Assembly (NCBI GenBank): GCA_024720975.1 | Contig: JANJXX010000004.1 | Location: forward strand, 1 to 64,000 | From: Thermoproteota archaeon | Lineage (GTDB): Archaea > Asgardarchaeota > Njordarchaeia > Njordarchaeales > Panguiarchaeaceae | Direction: 5' to 3' | Length of the DNA: 64,000 bases | Shown here: piece after piece, positions 30,712 through 40,256 of the stretch | Position numbering within the stretch: the first letter of the stretch is position 1 | Layout of the letters: every line of letters starts with the position of its first letter | Notes under the pieces: model-generated | The model's database searches: none | Seen by the model: only the letters and a program-made list of their open reading frames with translations | What the model was told of the DNA's origin: nothing | Position numbers and translations under genes: made by a program

Positions 30712-31704
30712 TTGATATACTTTGTAAGTATAGTAGACGTTGAAAGCGAGGGAGGCATATCAAAGTGGCATTTTATTCACCCTGAAACACCAGAAGCACT
30801 TAGAAAACGACTATACGAATACAGAGATCTGATTTCTAGCTTTGCCTATGCGATTATAAGAGCTTTTGGAAGCGAAATTATCGGTGAAAAACTTAGAGAA
30901 TTAAAACTCTCGGATGTTCAAATAGTATTTAGCACCATTGAGCATAAGGGTCGTCTATATTATGTGATCTTCATAGCTGATATCCGAGACAATTCATCCG
31001 CTGTTGATAGAATATTTACAGCATTTTATAAAAAGTATTACAAGGATTTCGATTCAATACTTTCTGGTCCAATAATCAACACAACAATAGTCGATAGATT
31101 GAAAGCGGCCTTTGCACAATTCCTGTTCCCACATGCTAGACAGAACCCCCTTTTAGGGGCTAGAGACTTAAGACACTTCATTATAAGTTACTTAATGGCT
31201 GTAGCTATAACAGGACTACTAGCATTTATGACCTGGGTTATAAATAGGATCCCCCAACCTAGCTTAATGAATACCAATCCAATTCTCTTTGCGCTCATAG
31301 TTTTCCTGTTGATATTTGTCGCACCCGGTATACCAATAGGTATGATAACTCAATATCGGAGGTTTGCTTTCGCAGTAGCATATATGGACAGCCTAACAAT
31401 CACGCTTATATCGCTAGTCGTATGGAGAGATTTGCTTCTATCGTATGCTAGCTTTGCAGAACAATATGTGCCCGACGTTACAATACTCCTAGCTATAGGA
31501 GCCATACTAATTGGTGCAATGCTTGGAACAATGTTAATGTTCATATCATATGGAGTGGCATGGTATTTCGAGGCGAGAAGACTCACCAGTGTTAGATCCT
31601 TAATAACACTTGGAGCCCCCATCGAAAAGAAGCCACCAACAGAACTTGAGGAAGTTGAAATTCCGAGTCCAGAAGAGGTTTCGAGCACTGAAGAGAATCC
31701 TTGA
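30712..31704 (+). CDS. Longin-like domain fused to four TM helices
   Basis: Pattern IYFVSIVD..GG / LISSFAYAI..F..E / LRELKL...IVF / YYVIFIAD..D / FYKKY resembles Asgard longin domains; four hydrophobic segments and an acidic tail follow. Confidence 0.65.
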   Translation: MIYFVSIVDVESEGGISKWHFIHPETPEALRKRLYEYRDLISSFAYAIIRAFGSEIIGEKLRELKLSDVQIVFSTIEHKGRLYYVIFIADIRDNSSAVDRIFTAFYKKYYKDFDSILSGPIINTTIVDRLKAAFAQFLFPHARQNPLLGARDLRHFIISYLMAVAITGLLAFMTWVINRIPQPSLMNTNPILFALIVFLLIFVAPGIPIGMITQYRRFAFAVAYMDSLTITLISLVVWRDLLLSYASFAEQYVPDVTILLAIGAILIGAMLGTMLMFISYGVAWYFEARRLTSVRSLITLGAPIEKKPPTELEEVEIPSPEEVSSTEENP

Positions 31705-31974
31705 AATGCTCCGTCTGTTCTCAATTTTACAATTTTCATCCCTTGCACTTTTTTAAACCACTGTAAAGTGTCACAAAAACTCAAATTGATGAAGATGTCA
31801 TATATGTACTAACATTAAGCGAGTTATTAATTGCTTGATAAGGTGTAGAATAGCTATAAGTAATCCCTTATTAATTTTCATGCCTTGAGTTTTTAGTATT
31901 GTTTTTACTAATCTTTTGAGGTTTTGACATTATGACGAAAAACATTATTTGCTCATCCATGATCGGTGGATTGA

Positions 31975-33510
31975 ATGTATATTAATACACTAAAGAATAC
32001 ACTAAAATACGTGTTAAGATTCCCGCTAGCAAAAGCAATAACTGGATCCGCAATAACAGCGATCCTTTGTATGCAGCTCGGTTTTCCCTGGAATATGTCT
32101 CTCACTTTGGCTGTGTTTGTTCTCACAGTTATTCTCGTCATTAGTGAAGCATTCAGTAGGGGTACTTCAGCGCTTATAGGTAGCTCCATCATGCTTATCA
32201 TTATGTATCTCTCAGGATACGACTTGATAGAATTTGTATCTAGTTCTATTGAGATCGAGACTATTCTTATCCTTATTGGCATTATGTTAATTGCAGCTGC
32301 TGGATTTAAAAGTGGATTTCTTTACTTCATTGGAATAAAGTTAGCAAAAATTTCAAAAGGGAATCCTATCAGACTTTACGTAATCCTAGCAATATTTGTT
32401 TACATTCTGGGCTATTTCCTTAACTATGAAACAATTGTGGCTGTTGGAGTCTCTCTTGCAATAGCCATATGCAGCGTTATGGGGATCAATCCACGCCCCT
32501 ACATCTTAATGACAATCTTCGTAGTAAATATTGCCGTATCTACAGCATTAATCTCCTGCGTTCCCAACATAGTCGTCGCCGCAACAGTTAAGCTTGACTA
32601 TGGATTTTTCATAGCTAACTTAGCACCAATAACCTTGGTGATGGTCCTAATCGTTTTCTATATTACACACTCTGTAATGCCACCAAGTAAATCTGTTGAT
32701 CCATTACGAGCGCTCGCTGTAGTGGATATGAATCCATGGTTATTCGTAAGAAGCAAGCTAGAATTCGCAATTTCATTCGCTAGCCTGGCAGGTTTCATCC
32801 TGGGCCTTCTACTTTTGCGCACGCACGGACTTATCATTGCTACCGTGCTATTCGCCGCATTGGTGCTTGCAACTTTTCGTAGAGCTGATGAATTACTCCG
32901 TGATATTGATTGGGATACAATCATATTCATCATGAGCTTCTACCTAATAGTTGGTGGTGTCGCTAAGCTAGGAATACTCAATATGCTTGCTGAAGGATTA
33001 CTAGGGCTTGCTGGGAGCAATATTTTCCTCCTATTGACAGTGTTGTATTGGCCAGCGTTGTTTATAAGTGGACTTTTGGAAGATCTTCTCTATGTGTTGC
33101 TGCTCATACCAATGTTAAGCCAAATTCTACTTCAGCCCGGATTTGAAATTTACAGAGAGTTCTTCTGGATACTCTTAATACTGAGTTGTAACGTTGGAGG
33201 AGTAATGACTACTTATTCCTCACCATATAATCTCATAGGCCTCGCTATAGCTAAAAGAGCTGGCGAAGAAATATCCAGTAAGACATTCCACAAGATAAGC
33301 AAGAGAGCGTTTCCCATTGTCAGCGTCATTACATACGCCTACCTGGTTGCATTACTATACTTTAGAGAGTACATTGGCATAGGAATAGCGTTAGCAATCA
33401 TAACTATGGTGCTCGTAATAGTTCATCGACTCGTCGGTATCAGTAGACTCCTACGAAGTATAATCTCAGAAACTGTGAGAATCCTTAAAAAAAGAGTGAT
33501 AAAAATTTAG
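31975..33510 (+). CDS. ArsB/NhaD/SLC13 (IT superfamily) transporter
   Basis: ETILILIGIM, SGF, PNIVV, IDWDTIIF, NVGG..T..SS..NL. Confidence 0.85.
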   Translation: MYINTLKNTLKYVLRFPLAKAITGSAITAILCMQLGFPWNMSLTLAVFVLTVILVISEAFSRGTSALIGSSIMLIIMYLSGYDLIEFVSSSIEIETILILIGIMLIAAAGFKSGFLYFIGIKLAKISKGNPIRLYVILAIFVYILGYFLNYETIVAVGVSLAIAICSVMGINPRPYILMTIFVVNIAVSTALISCVPNIVVAATVKLDYGFFIANLAPITLVMVLIVFYITHSVMPPSKSVDPLRALAVVDMNPWLFVRSKLEFAISFASLAGFILGLLLLRTHGLIIATVLFAALVLATFRRADELLRDIDWDTIIFIMSFYLIVGGVAKLGILNMLAEGLLGLAGSNIFLLLTVLYWPALFISGLLEDLLYVLLLIPMLSQILLQPGFEIYREFFWILLILSCNVGGVMTTYSSPYNLIGLAIAKRAGEEISSKTFHKISKRAFPIVSVITYAYLVALLYFREYIGIGIALAIITMVLVIVHRLVGISRLLRSIISETVRILKKRVIKI

Positions 33511-34116
33511 CTATTCAATAGGCTTCTTTGGCTCAAGCGGCTCCCAGCCGAATTTAGCCCTAAAATCGTTCACCATTCTAATCGCTTTCTCCTTCGTCTC
33601 TGGGTCCATATGCTTAGATTTTAAGATCGCCATGAATAGAACCCATGTTCTAGCATTTATCACCTTCTTAGGAATGCCGTGATCATAATCCTCCTGGAGT
33701 TCCCTGATAATGGCAGCTACTTCCTCTATATCAGAAAGTCCTGGTTTGCCTATATCCCTAACCTCTCTACCCAGGTAAAGACTTCCCCTCTCTACAACAA
33801 CAAATTTACCCATTTCATAGGTAATCCTATTCTTGACTAACCTATCGTAGAATGTCCAGTTATCATAAACATTCGGAGCCCTCCTCTTTAACTCCGAGAG
33901 AACGAAAGACCTTACCGTCCTTGAGGTTACCTCCTTACTACCAGCAATCTTTTTCTCAACCCTATCGGCAATCTTCTCAGCAAGACTCCTTGAACCACCC
34001 GCTTTAACGATACTAGCAACGAGCTTCTCCCTATTATAGGGCTCAGCTGTTCCATCGACCTTCAAAATCATCGTCTCGATTTTTTCTTCCCTTCCTCTCT
34101 TAGCCAAAATTACCAC
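33511..34116 (-). CDS. ATP-cone domain protein with unknown C-terminal domain
   Basis: ILKVDGTAEPYNREKLVASIVKAG ATP-cone signature. Confidence 0.8.
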   Translation of the reverse strand: MVILAKRGREEKIETMILKVDGTAEPYNREKLVASIVKAGGSRSLAEKIADRVEKKIAGSKEVTSRTVRSFVLSELKRRAPNVYDNWTFYDRLVKNRITYEMGKFVVVERGSLYLGREVRDIGKPGLSDIEEVAAIIRELQEDYDHGIPKKVINARTWVLFMAILKSKHMDPETKEKAIRMVNDFRAKFGWEPLEPKKPIE

Positions 34117-34337
34117 CAGTAAAAATTGGGACTACTTTCAAACAATGACTTTATATGATTATATATAAATAAGTTTAATTAGACGCACCCCCTTATAAGA
34201 AGTTGCTATCAACTCTAAACCAATCTCAAACCGCTCTAAAACAACCAAGCTAGTCCAAGCCAGTTCAACCAACCTTTCTCCAGGCTATAGCTCCTCATGG
34301 ACCAGTGATATTTACGATTCCTAGAACCCCTTGACCC

Positions 34338-34556
34338 TTATGTATACAAATCTTCCTCTTCCTCCTCCCCTTCAGTAAGTCCCAATAGCATGTCTCCCAG
34401 ATCGTCCAGCTTCCTGGCTATCTCATTTATGAGATCTATTGCCTCAGCAAGAACTTTATCATCAATACTCTCAACATTCTTAGCACTTTCAATAAGTTCG
34501 TAAACTTTACTCCGCAATTCACGCAGAGAATTAAGCAAATCACTCAAGACCAGCAC
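34338..34556 (-). CDS. Small helical protein with acidic tail
   Basis: GGTG SD; amphipathic helices; ends EGEEEEEDLYT. Confidence 0.6.
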   Translation of the reverse strand: MLVLSDLLNSLRELRSKVYELIESAKNVESIDDKVLAEAIDLINEIARKLDDLGDMLLGLTEGEEEEEDLYT

Positions 34557-34828
34557 CAGCCAAACGAAACTTTACCATGCAAAATACTATCAAAAAAAGC
34601 CATATATAACTGAACTTATCGATAGAACCATAAACAACAAGAAATTCTCCGTTGCTTCGGAAGTATACAAAATTAATCTATTTCCAGCTCCTTGAGTCCT
34701 TTAAAAATGGAAGAGAAAGCGGGAGGTTTATGTTTATAGAGCTGCCCCTACCTCTTTATTGCCTCCTCATATTAGTACTTTTCTAGACATGCCTCTAACT
34801 TCATGACAATATCTATTATCATGCGTGT

Positions 34829-36280
34829 CTAATACTCTCCGAGCTCTTTCTTATATATTTCTACTAGTTTTTCACCCCAGTTATCTATGTCTTTTAGTCT
34901 TCCTAGGAAGAATCTTAGGATTGGTGGTTCGTATACCCATTGTAATCCTTTTATTACTTCTCTGTTCTCGTATAGCCATACTAATCTATCTATCAAGTAA
35001 TCTGCATGTGATTTCAAATATGTTCTTCTTGGAAATGCTATTCTTATTAGTTCTAGGTCTGGGTATATCTCTCTTCCATCTTTATCTCTATCCATTGATA
35101 GTGCTCCTCTCTCCATTGATCTAATACCTGATGCTATGTAAAGTGCTGCTGCTAGTGATCCTGCAGGGTATTCGTTTCTCTTAACATGGGATAAGAATTC
35201 TACCGCGTCAATGTGAACTCCTAAGCCCCCTGGTGGTAGTATTACTGGTATTCCTCTTTTATCGAGTTCTCTAACAGTATAGTTTATTAACTCTAGCTCT
35301 GACCCTATGATACTCTCATCAATCATTTCTCTTAGTCCAACAGCCATTGCTGCAATCTCTCTAGTACTCATGCCCCCATACGTTAAGAATCCCTCGTATA
35401 CTGGTACATGGACAATTAATTTCTCGTAAAGCTCCCTATTATTAGTTGCTATTAGCCCTCCTCTAACTGATGGCGCTTTTCTGGCACTCATATATACTAA
35501 ATCAGCGTAGCTCACAAATTCTCTAAGTATGCTAGCTAAGCTTTTAGACTTATAGCCCGGCTCCCTCTCCCTTATAAAGTATACGTTCCAATCTATCATA
35601 CTAGCGTCTAGTACAAGTAGGACATTATATTTATCACAGAGCTCTCTCACCTCCTTAATATTCCTCATAGATACGGGTTGCCCTCCAAGGAGATTAGCTA
35701 CAGCTTCTATTCTAACAAATGGAACTCTATTACCAAACCTTCTAAGAATATCTTCAAGCCTCTCAATATCAATGTCACCTTTAAATGGGTATGTACTCCT
35801 CTTATCTAAGGCCTCCTTGACTGGAATCTCTATTATCTCACCACCAGCAAGCTCTATATGGGCTTTAGTTGTTGTGAAATGATAATTCATAGGTACAATA
35901 CTACCTTGCTTTACGAGAACCTTAGATATGATGTGTTCAGCGGCTCTACCTTGATGAACTGGTATAACATATTTAAAACCCATAAGCTCTTCTACAACAC
36001 TTGAAAGCTCGTAATACGACCTACTACCAGCATATGCGTCTTGAGCAGATATCATAGCTGCGATTTGCTTATCACTCATAGCATTAACGCCACTATCAGT
36101 AAGCATATCTATGAATACATCGTCAGCCTTTAAGAGGAAAGTGTTCCAGCCAGCCTCTCTAATGGCCTTAAGCCTTAAATCGATAGGTGGAAGGCTTAAC
36201 TTCTCAAAAACTCTGATCCTAAACCCGTCAACCTTAAGGAGTCCGCCATCATGAGACTTGACAACGATCAAGTTGAACAC
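34829..36280 (-). CDS. tnaA: Tryptophanase/tyrosine phenol-lyase family PLP beta-eliminating lyase
   Basis: NTFLL, DMLTDSG, YAGS, HQGRAAE, HFTTT, GGQPVS, YEGFLTYGGM, RSMERG, PRR. Confidence 0.88.
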   Translation of the reverse strand: MFNLIVVKSHDGGLLKVDGFRIRVFEKLSLPPIDLRLKAIREAGWNTFLLKADDVFIDMLTDSGVNAMSDKQIAAMISAQDAYAGSRSYYELSSVVEELMGFKYVIPVHQGRAAEHIISKVLVKQGSIVPMNYHFTTTKAHIELAGGEIIEIPVKEALDKRSTYPFKGDIDIERLEDILRRFGNRVPFVRIEAVANLLGGQPVSMRNIKEVRELCDKYNVLLVLDASMIDWNVYFIREREPGYKSKSLASILREFVSYADLVYMSARKAPSVRGGLIATNNRELYEKLIVHVPVYEGFLTYGGMSTREIAAMAVGLREMIDESIIGSELELINYTVRELDKRGIPVILPPGGLGVHIDAVEFLSHVKRNEYPAGSLAAALYIASGIRSMERGALSMDRDKDGREIYPDLELIRIAFPRRTYLKSHADYLIDRLVWLYENREVIKGLQWVYEPPILRFFLGRLKDIDNWGEKLVEIYKKELGEY

Positions 36281-36456
36281 CTAAACGCAGCTGGCCGTAC
36301 ATGATGATATAGCACTTATAAATTCGTTGTCATACATAGTAGACTCTAGTGGGATGACTGAGTTATATTGAACTAAGTGGTAACGTGGCTGAAGGACTGT
36401 TTTCTTTGCAAAAGTTTTCAAGCTGTTTTGACTACTATACGTACTTGGAATTAAAA

Positions 36457-36640
36457 ATGCCCCACCCCAATGACGGCAAAATAGCCATCAGGACGGAAGG
36501 ATATACCTATCCCTCGAAGCGGGCTCAGTGGTGCTCGTCGATGTAGCTCCCAATGAGCCTACAGTAGGTGGCAAGAACTAGGGGTGAGCCCCGTGTTGAT
36601 AGTATCGTGCTATCTAAAAACACCTAAACAAACCTGAACA
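36457..36640 (+). other. GC-enriched multi-hairpin intergenic element (possible IS200/IS605/IS607 tnpB 3'-end remnant)
   Basis: Hairpins TGACGGC/GCCATCA, GGATA/TATCC, GGGCTCA/TGAGCCC, GATAGTA/TGCTATC, then direct repeats ACCTAAACA/ACCTGAACA. Confidence 0.3.
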
Positions 36641-36855
36641 ATTAACACGAGCAACTACCCGAAACTTGGTCAACCTATCCCTGTAGGTTACCTTTGCATC
36701 TATATTAAGTTTAGCAAAAGTTCATTAACCTCTTTTTTGAGATTCTAAATGCAAGAAACTCCACTGTCGAAGTCCCTCACAATTTTTGTTACATCAAAAA
36801 TGGGACTCGAACTTGAAGGAATAGGAGGATTCAATAAGCTTTTGGTGATGAATGT

Positions 36856-37604
36856 ATGGAAAAAGGCCAAAAGGAAGCCAGGATAGGTTTAGGTAGTGAG
36901 GAAGATATAGTTCGTAGAATAAATACTGATGACATATTCAAGAATTCGTTGAGAGAGTGCATGATTACTCTTGGCTTTAATCCTAAAGGGGAAATTACTA
37001 CATACAAAGATAATGTAAAAACAGATATTTTCATAAAGATAAATGGTGAAATCGGCGCAAGTGTAAAATCGAGCACAGGGACAAGTTTTCATCATCTTGA
37101 TAGGAGACGTCTCGAAGACTGGAGGGATTTATTAAGTATGCCGAATGACATTTTTGAGATTATAAAGGAAGCAATACTACGGGTTGCTAGAAATTCGAGG
37201 GATAAATTTATACTGGAGGCAGACAGACCCAAAATAAAGGAATTCTTTGCTAAGCATCTTAAATCTATAATAAATGAAGTTTTCACGAAGGGAGAGGAGA
37301 GTTTAAGGCTGTTGATGATAAACGATAAACGAATCAGGAAAATTTATATTTTTAGAATGGATGATGTCCTCAATTTTTGTATGAGAATGCTAATAATAAC
37401 ATAAACTTTAGTAACAAAGGAATTATCAAGCTTGGAGACTTCATTACGGTCCAGAGAAAAGGTGGAAATGGAAGACATATAACTATTCCTAAAACTGATT
37501 GGGAACATCCAGGTAATCAATTGCAATTCAAGTTTTCACCTTTAAATTTTGTGGAATTTATCCTGAAAACAAACGCCATTAAGTTTTGTACAATTGAATA
37601 TTGA
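36856..37604 (+). pseudogene. HinP1I/MspI-like type II restriction endonuclease split by a frameshift
   Basis: ORF1 has KTD...SVK and LDRR; the -1 frame continues with QRKGG and NQLQFK. Adding one T to the T5 run at 37374-37378 joins both into about 249 aa. Confidence 0.75.
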
Positions 37605-39660
37605 ACTTGTGATTAGATAGTATCTGATACAGTTCCTCAACTTTTTTTTCAGGGTTTTCTATTTTGATTGCCTCAGCTATAGATAAATCAAGCCTGTACC
37701 TATACTCCTTATTTAGTTGATCCCAGAAGGATGGTAAAGGTGTATTTAATATATCGTTAACGCTTTTACACAACTTAAAAGTGCTTTCTTCACCAATCAC
37801 ACTTACGTTGATCATAGGCAATTCTAGGTAATCATTTTCTAGGAACCTTGTCCATGTCTCCGAAATTTTTCTACCTAACAACATGAGTATTGAAATAAAA
37901 ATCGTACTGTTAAACCAACCGGCAAGGAGCTTAGCAGTTACTTCATTCTCATCTTTGATTATATAAAAATTTTTAGACGCAGCTATTTTCTCCTTGGTAT
38001 AATTCGCAAAAACTCCTCGCCGCTTAAACATCAAATCTACTTTATCTGGTATGAATACATGCCCGAATGGTTTTTTTGTTATCATTTGCCTGTGAACATG
38101 ACTGTACCAGTATTTGCCATACGCATTTATAGCTGGCTTTGCCGTGCCAGATTTAATTCCCCACTTGATGTAATGTTGCAGGTCTTCCGGTAGGCTATCT
38201 AGCTTTACTGGAGGAATAGATAGCATGTAGCTGTCTACATTCGCTTCAATGAGATAGCTATAAAGACTTGGTTTACGGAGGGTTTTTATTAAGAATTCTT
38301 TACTCAACGCCAATCTAACTTTGCTTTTAACATTTTCTACTACTACAAACTTTTCATCTTCTTTTAAGATACGCCATTCCACATTTGGGATAAAAAAGAA
38401 TTCCGGTCCATACATTTCAACCCCTCTAATAATACTTCTTTTACCTAGAACATCTTTCCAGTGTCCCAATGTACCGTTTTTTAGCCCCTGTTTAAATACA
38501 TCGACTACGATGTCTCTAAGTTTATTTTCTCCGAAAAGAGCCAACCAGTTAATATCCAAGAATTGAGGCAAATCATGAATGTTAAATGAATTTACTTCAT
38601 GATTCGATTTATGTTTACCCATGATAATTTTGACGCATTCTTCTATATTGCCATTTAATTCGGCAAATACCGTTAGTCTATTTCTGTTAGGCCTTTTAAT
38701 CGCTACTATGATGACTTCTTTGAATCCGCTATCTTCCGAAAATGACGGCCTGGATGCACACTCTATCACTGCAAGAACATCATAATTCTTCCTCAAAAGG
38801 GATTTATATCCTCTTCCATATATTGTATAAAATGTAGATGCTGGAAGAACGGATACTATTAAACCATCTTTGTTTAATGCGTAGTCTGATAGAAACATTG
38901 ACAATGTTTGAAGGCTGGCTTCTTTCCTAGTAATATATTCTCCATAACCTAATCCGTTTATGACTTTAAATAGATAGCCTCGGTAACTTTTTTCTAGGTA
39001 TTTCCACCTAGTGAAAGGTGGATTTGTTAAAATGATATCCGCTTTCGGTAAGTTTGTCGGAGTAAGTTGGGATAGAGCTTCAGGTATCTTCTTAAACGCA
39101 TCTCCTACTATCACATTAATAAGGTCTTTCCTCCCTTTTGTTGCAGAGAGTAGTGCTGCATATGCAACTAAGGCAGGTAGAGGTAACGGTTCAATACCCC
39201 AAACCATTTGTAATCTTTCTGTTCCTATCTTCTGAATCATTGTTGTTAATGTGCGTGCTGAACCAAGGAATGGGTCTGCAAGAACTATTTTTTTGTTTTT
39301 GAAAGTATCTAGATATTCACATGCTACACACGCCATGAGGCGAGTGCCCTGATCGACTGTATAATAAGCTGCAAACCTTTTTCTCTTAGCTTGTGGTATT
39401 AACTTTTGTACCTGAGTTTGGCATTCATTGATAGAAATATCCACTTTTGGTAATTTAGATTCAATAAATTTAATTTCATCAGAGTTCAGCCTTTCCAAAT
39501 TAGGCAGTACCGGAGCATCCCAATCTTTCAGTGATTCTAGACTTCTATCTTTGCTATATTGTAATATAACCTTTAAGCTGGCTATGAAAATTTTAAAATT
39601 GTCAGGAGTAGCAGGTTCTATACCTAGCTTTTGAAGTATTCTGCTTTGCTTCATATTCAC
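37579..39660 (-). CDS. Gamma-class amino (probably N6-adenine) DNA methyltransferase
   Basis: AYYT (motif X), DPFLGSA (motif I), GDAF, TNPPF (motif IV), long C-terminal TRD; convergent with the REase. Confidence 0.9.
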   Translation of the reverse strand: MNMKQSRILQKLGIEPATPDNFKIFIASLKVILQYSKDRSLESLKDWDAPVLPNLERLNSDEIKFIESKLPKVDISINECQTQVQKLIPQAKRKRFAAYYTVDQGTRLMACVACEYLDTFKNKKIVLADPFLGSARTLTTMIQKIGTERLQMVWGIEPLPLPALVAYAALLSATKGRKDLINVIVGDAFKKIPEALSQLTPTNLPKADIILTNPPFTRWKYLEKSYRGYLFKVINGLGYGEYITRKEASLQTLSMFLSDYALNKDGLIVSVLPASTFYTIYGRGYKSLLRKNYDVLAVIECASRPSFSEDSGFKEVIIVAIKRPNRNRLTVFAELNGNIEECVKIIMGKHKSNHEVNSFNIHDLPQFLDINWLALFGENKLRDIVVDVFKQGLKNGTLGHWKDVLGKRSIIRGVEMYGPEFFFIPNVEWRILKEDEKFVVVENVKSKVRLALSKEFLIKTLRKPSLYSYLIEANVDSYMLSIPPVKLDSLPEDLQHYIKWGIKSGTAKPAINAYGKYWYSHVHRQMITKKPFGHVFIPDKVDLMFKRRGVFANYTKEKIAASKNFYIIKDENEVTAKLLAGWFNSTIFISILMLLGRKISETWTRFLENDYLELPMINVSVIGEESTFKLCKSVNDILNTPLPSFWDQLNKEYRYRLDLSIAEAIKIENPEKKVEELYQILSNHKFNIQLYKT

Positions 39661-39746
39661 TTCACTTTCTTCTTTTCTCTCTCATTCGGATTAGATTTTC
39701 AACAAGCCTGAAAGAGAGCTATAGAAATCCTCACATTGCGCCACCC

Positions 39747-40016
39747 CTAGGCACTTCTTAGCGCATGTGTTGCCCTCTTACCTGAGAGATCGCTGCACTC
39801 ACTAAAGTATTTTACAAGCCCATCACTTAGGATTCGGTTACTGCTATTCCCGGCGCTGCAAGTTGATGTGGGCCTATCCCTAACCGCTATCCAGAGTCTA
39901 ACAGCCTCCTCAAGCACTCTAGAAATCGAACCCTTCCCTCCTCCAAAACGCCTGGCTACCTCAGTCCTAAACCCCCTCTTCAGATTATCTAGAAGCATGA
40001 AGACGATCCTGCCCAT
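39747..40016 (-). CDS. Ribbon-helix-helix protein, probably degraded at the C-terminus
   Basis: MGRIVFML.D.L...FR...RFGGGKGSISRVLEEAVRLW RHH-like N-terminus after GGTGA SD; the C-terminal half looks non-protein-like. Confidence 0.55.
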   Translation of the reverse strand: MGRIVFMLLDNLKRGFRTEVARRFGGGKGSISRVLEEAVRLWIAVRDRPTSTCSAGNSSNRILSDGLVKYFSECSDLSGKRATHALRSA

Positions 40017-40256
40017 ACTTTCACCATTGTCGGATAGTTAACACTTTATAACCATCCATTCCACCTCAACCTTAAAGACTTTGTAGGTGACTTTTGTCAC
40101 CAACAGTAAAAATGTTATAAAGTTAACTATTTTGAAACTGCTGACATACCCCAACATAGACAACGTTTCACTTATGTATTTATCTATACAAACTCTTATC
40201 TACTTGTGTACCTATTTACATATGTTTAGACTACTTTAAAACTTTAAAAGATTCCA

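Noticed and set aside
34160-34330. Possible pseudogene fragment on the minus strand
   Set aside because: Interrupted frames with no recognisable family.
36301-36361. Second C/D sRNA (ATGATGA...CTGA)
   Set aside because: No internal D'/C' boxes at guide spacing; overlaps the likely promoter of the lyase on the other strand.
36798-36820. tRNA T-loop-like GTTCGAGTCC on the minus strand as an att site
   Set aside because: The flanks do not form a T-stem and no second copy was found.
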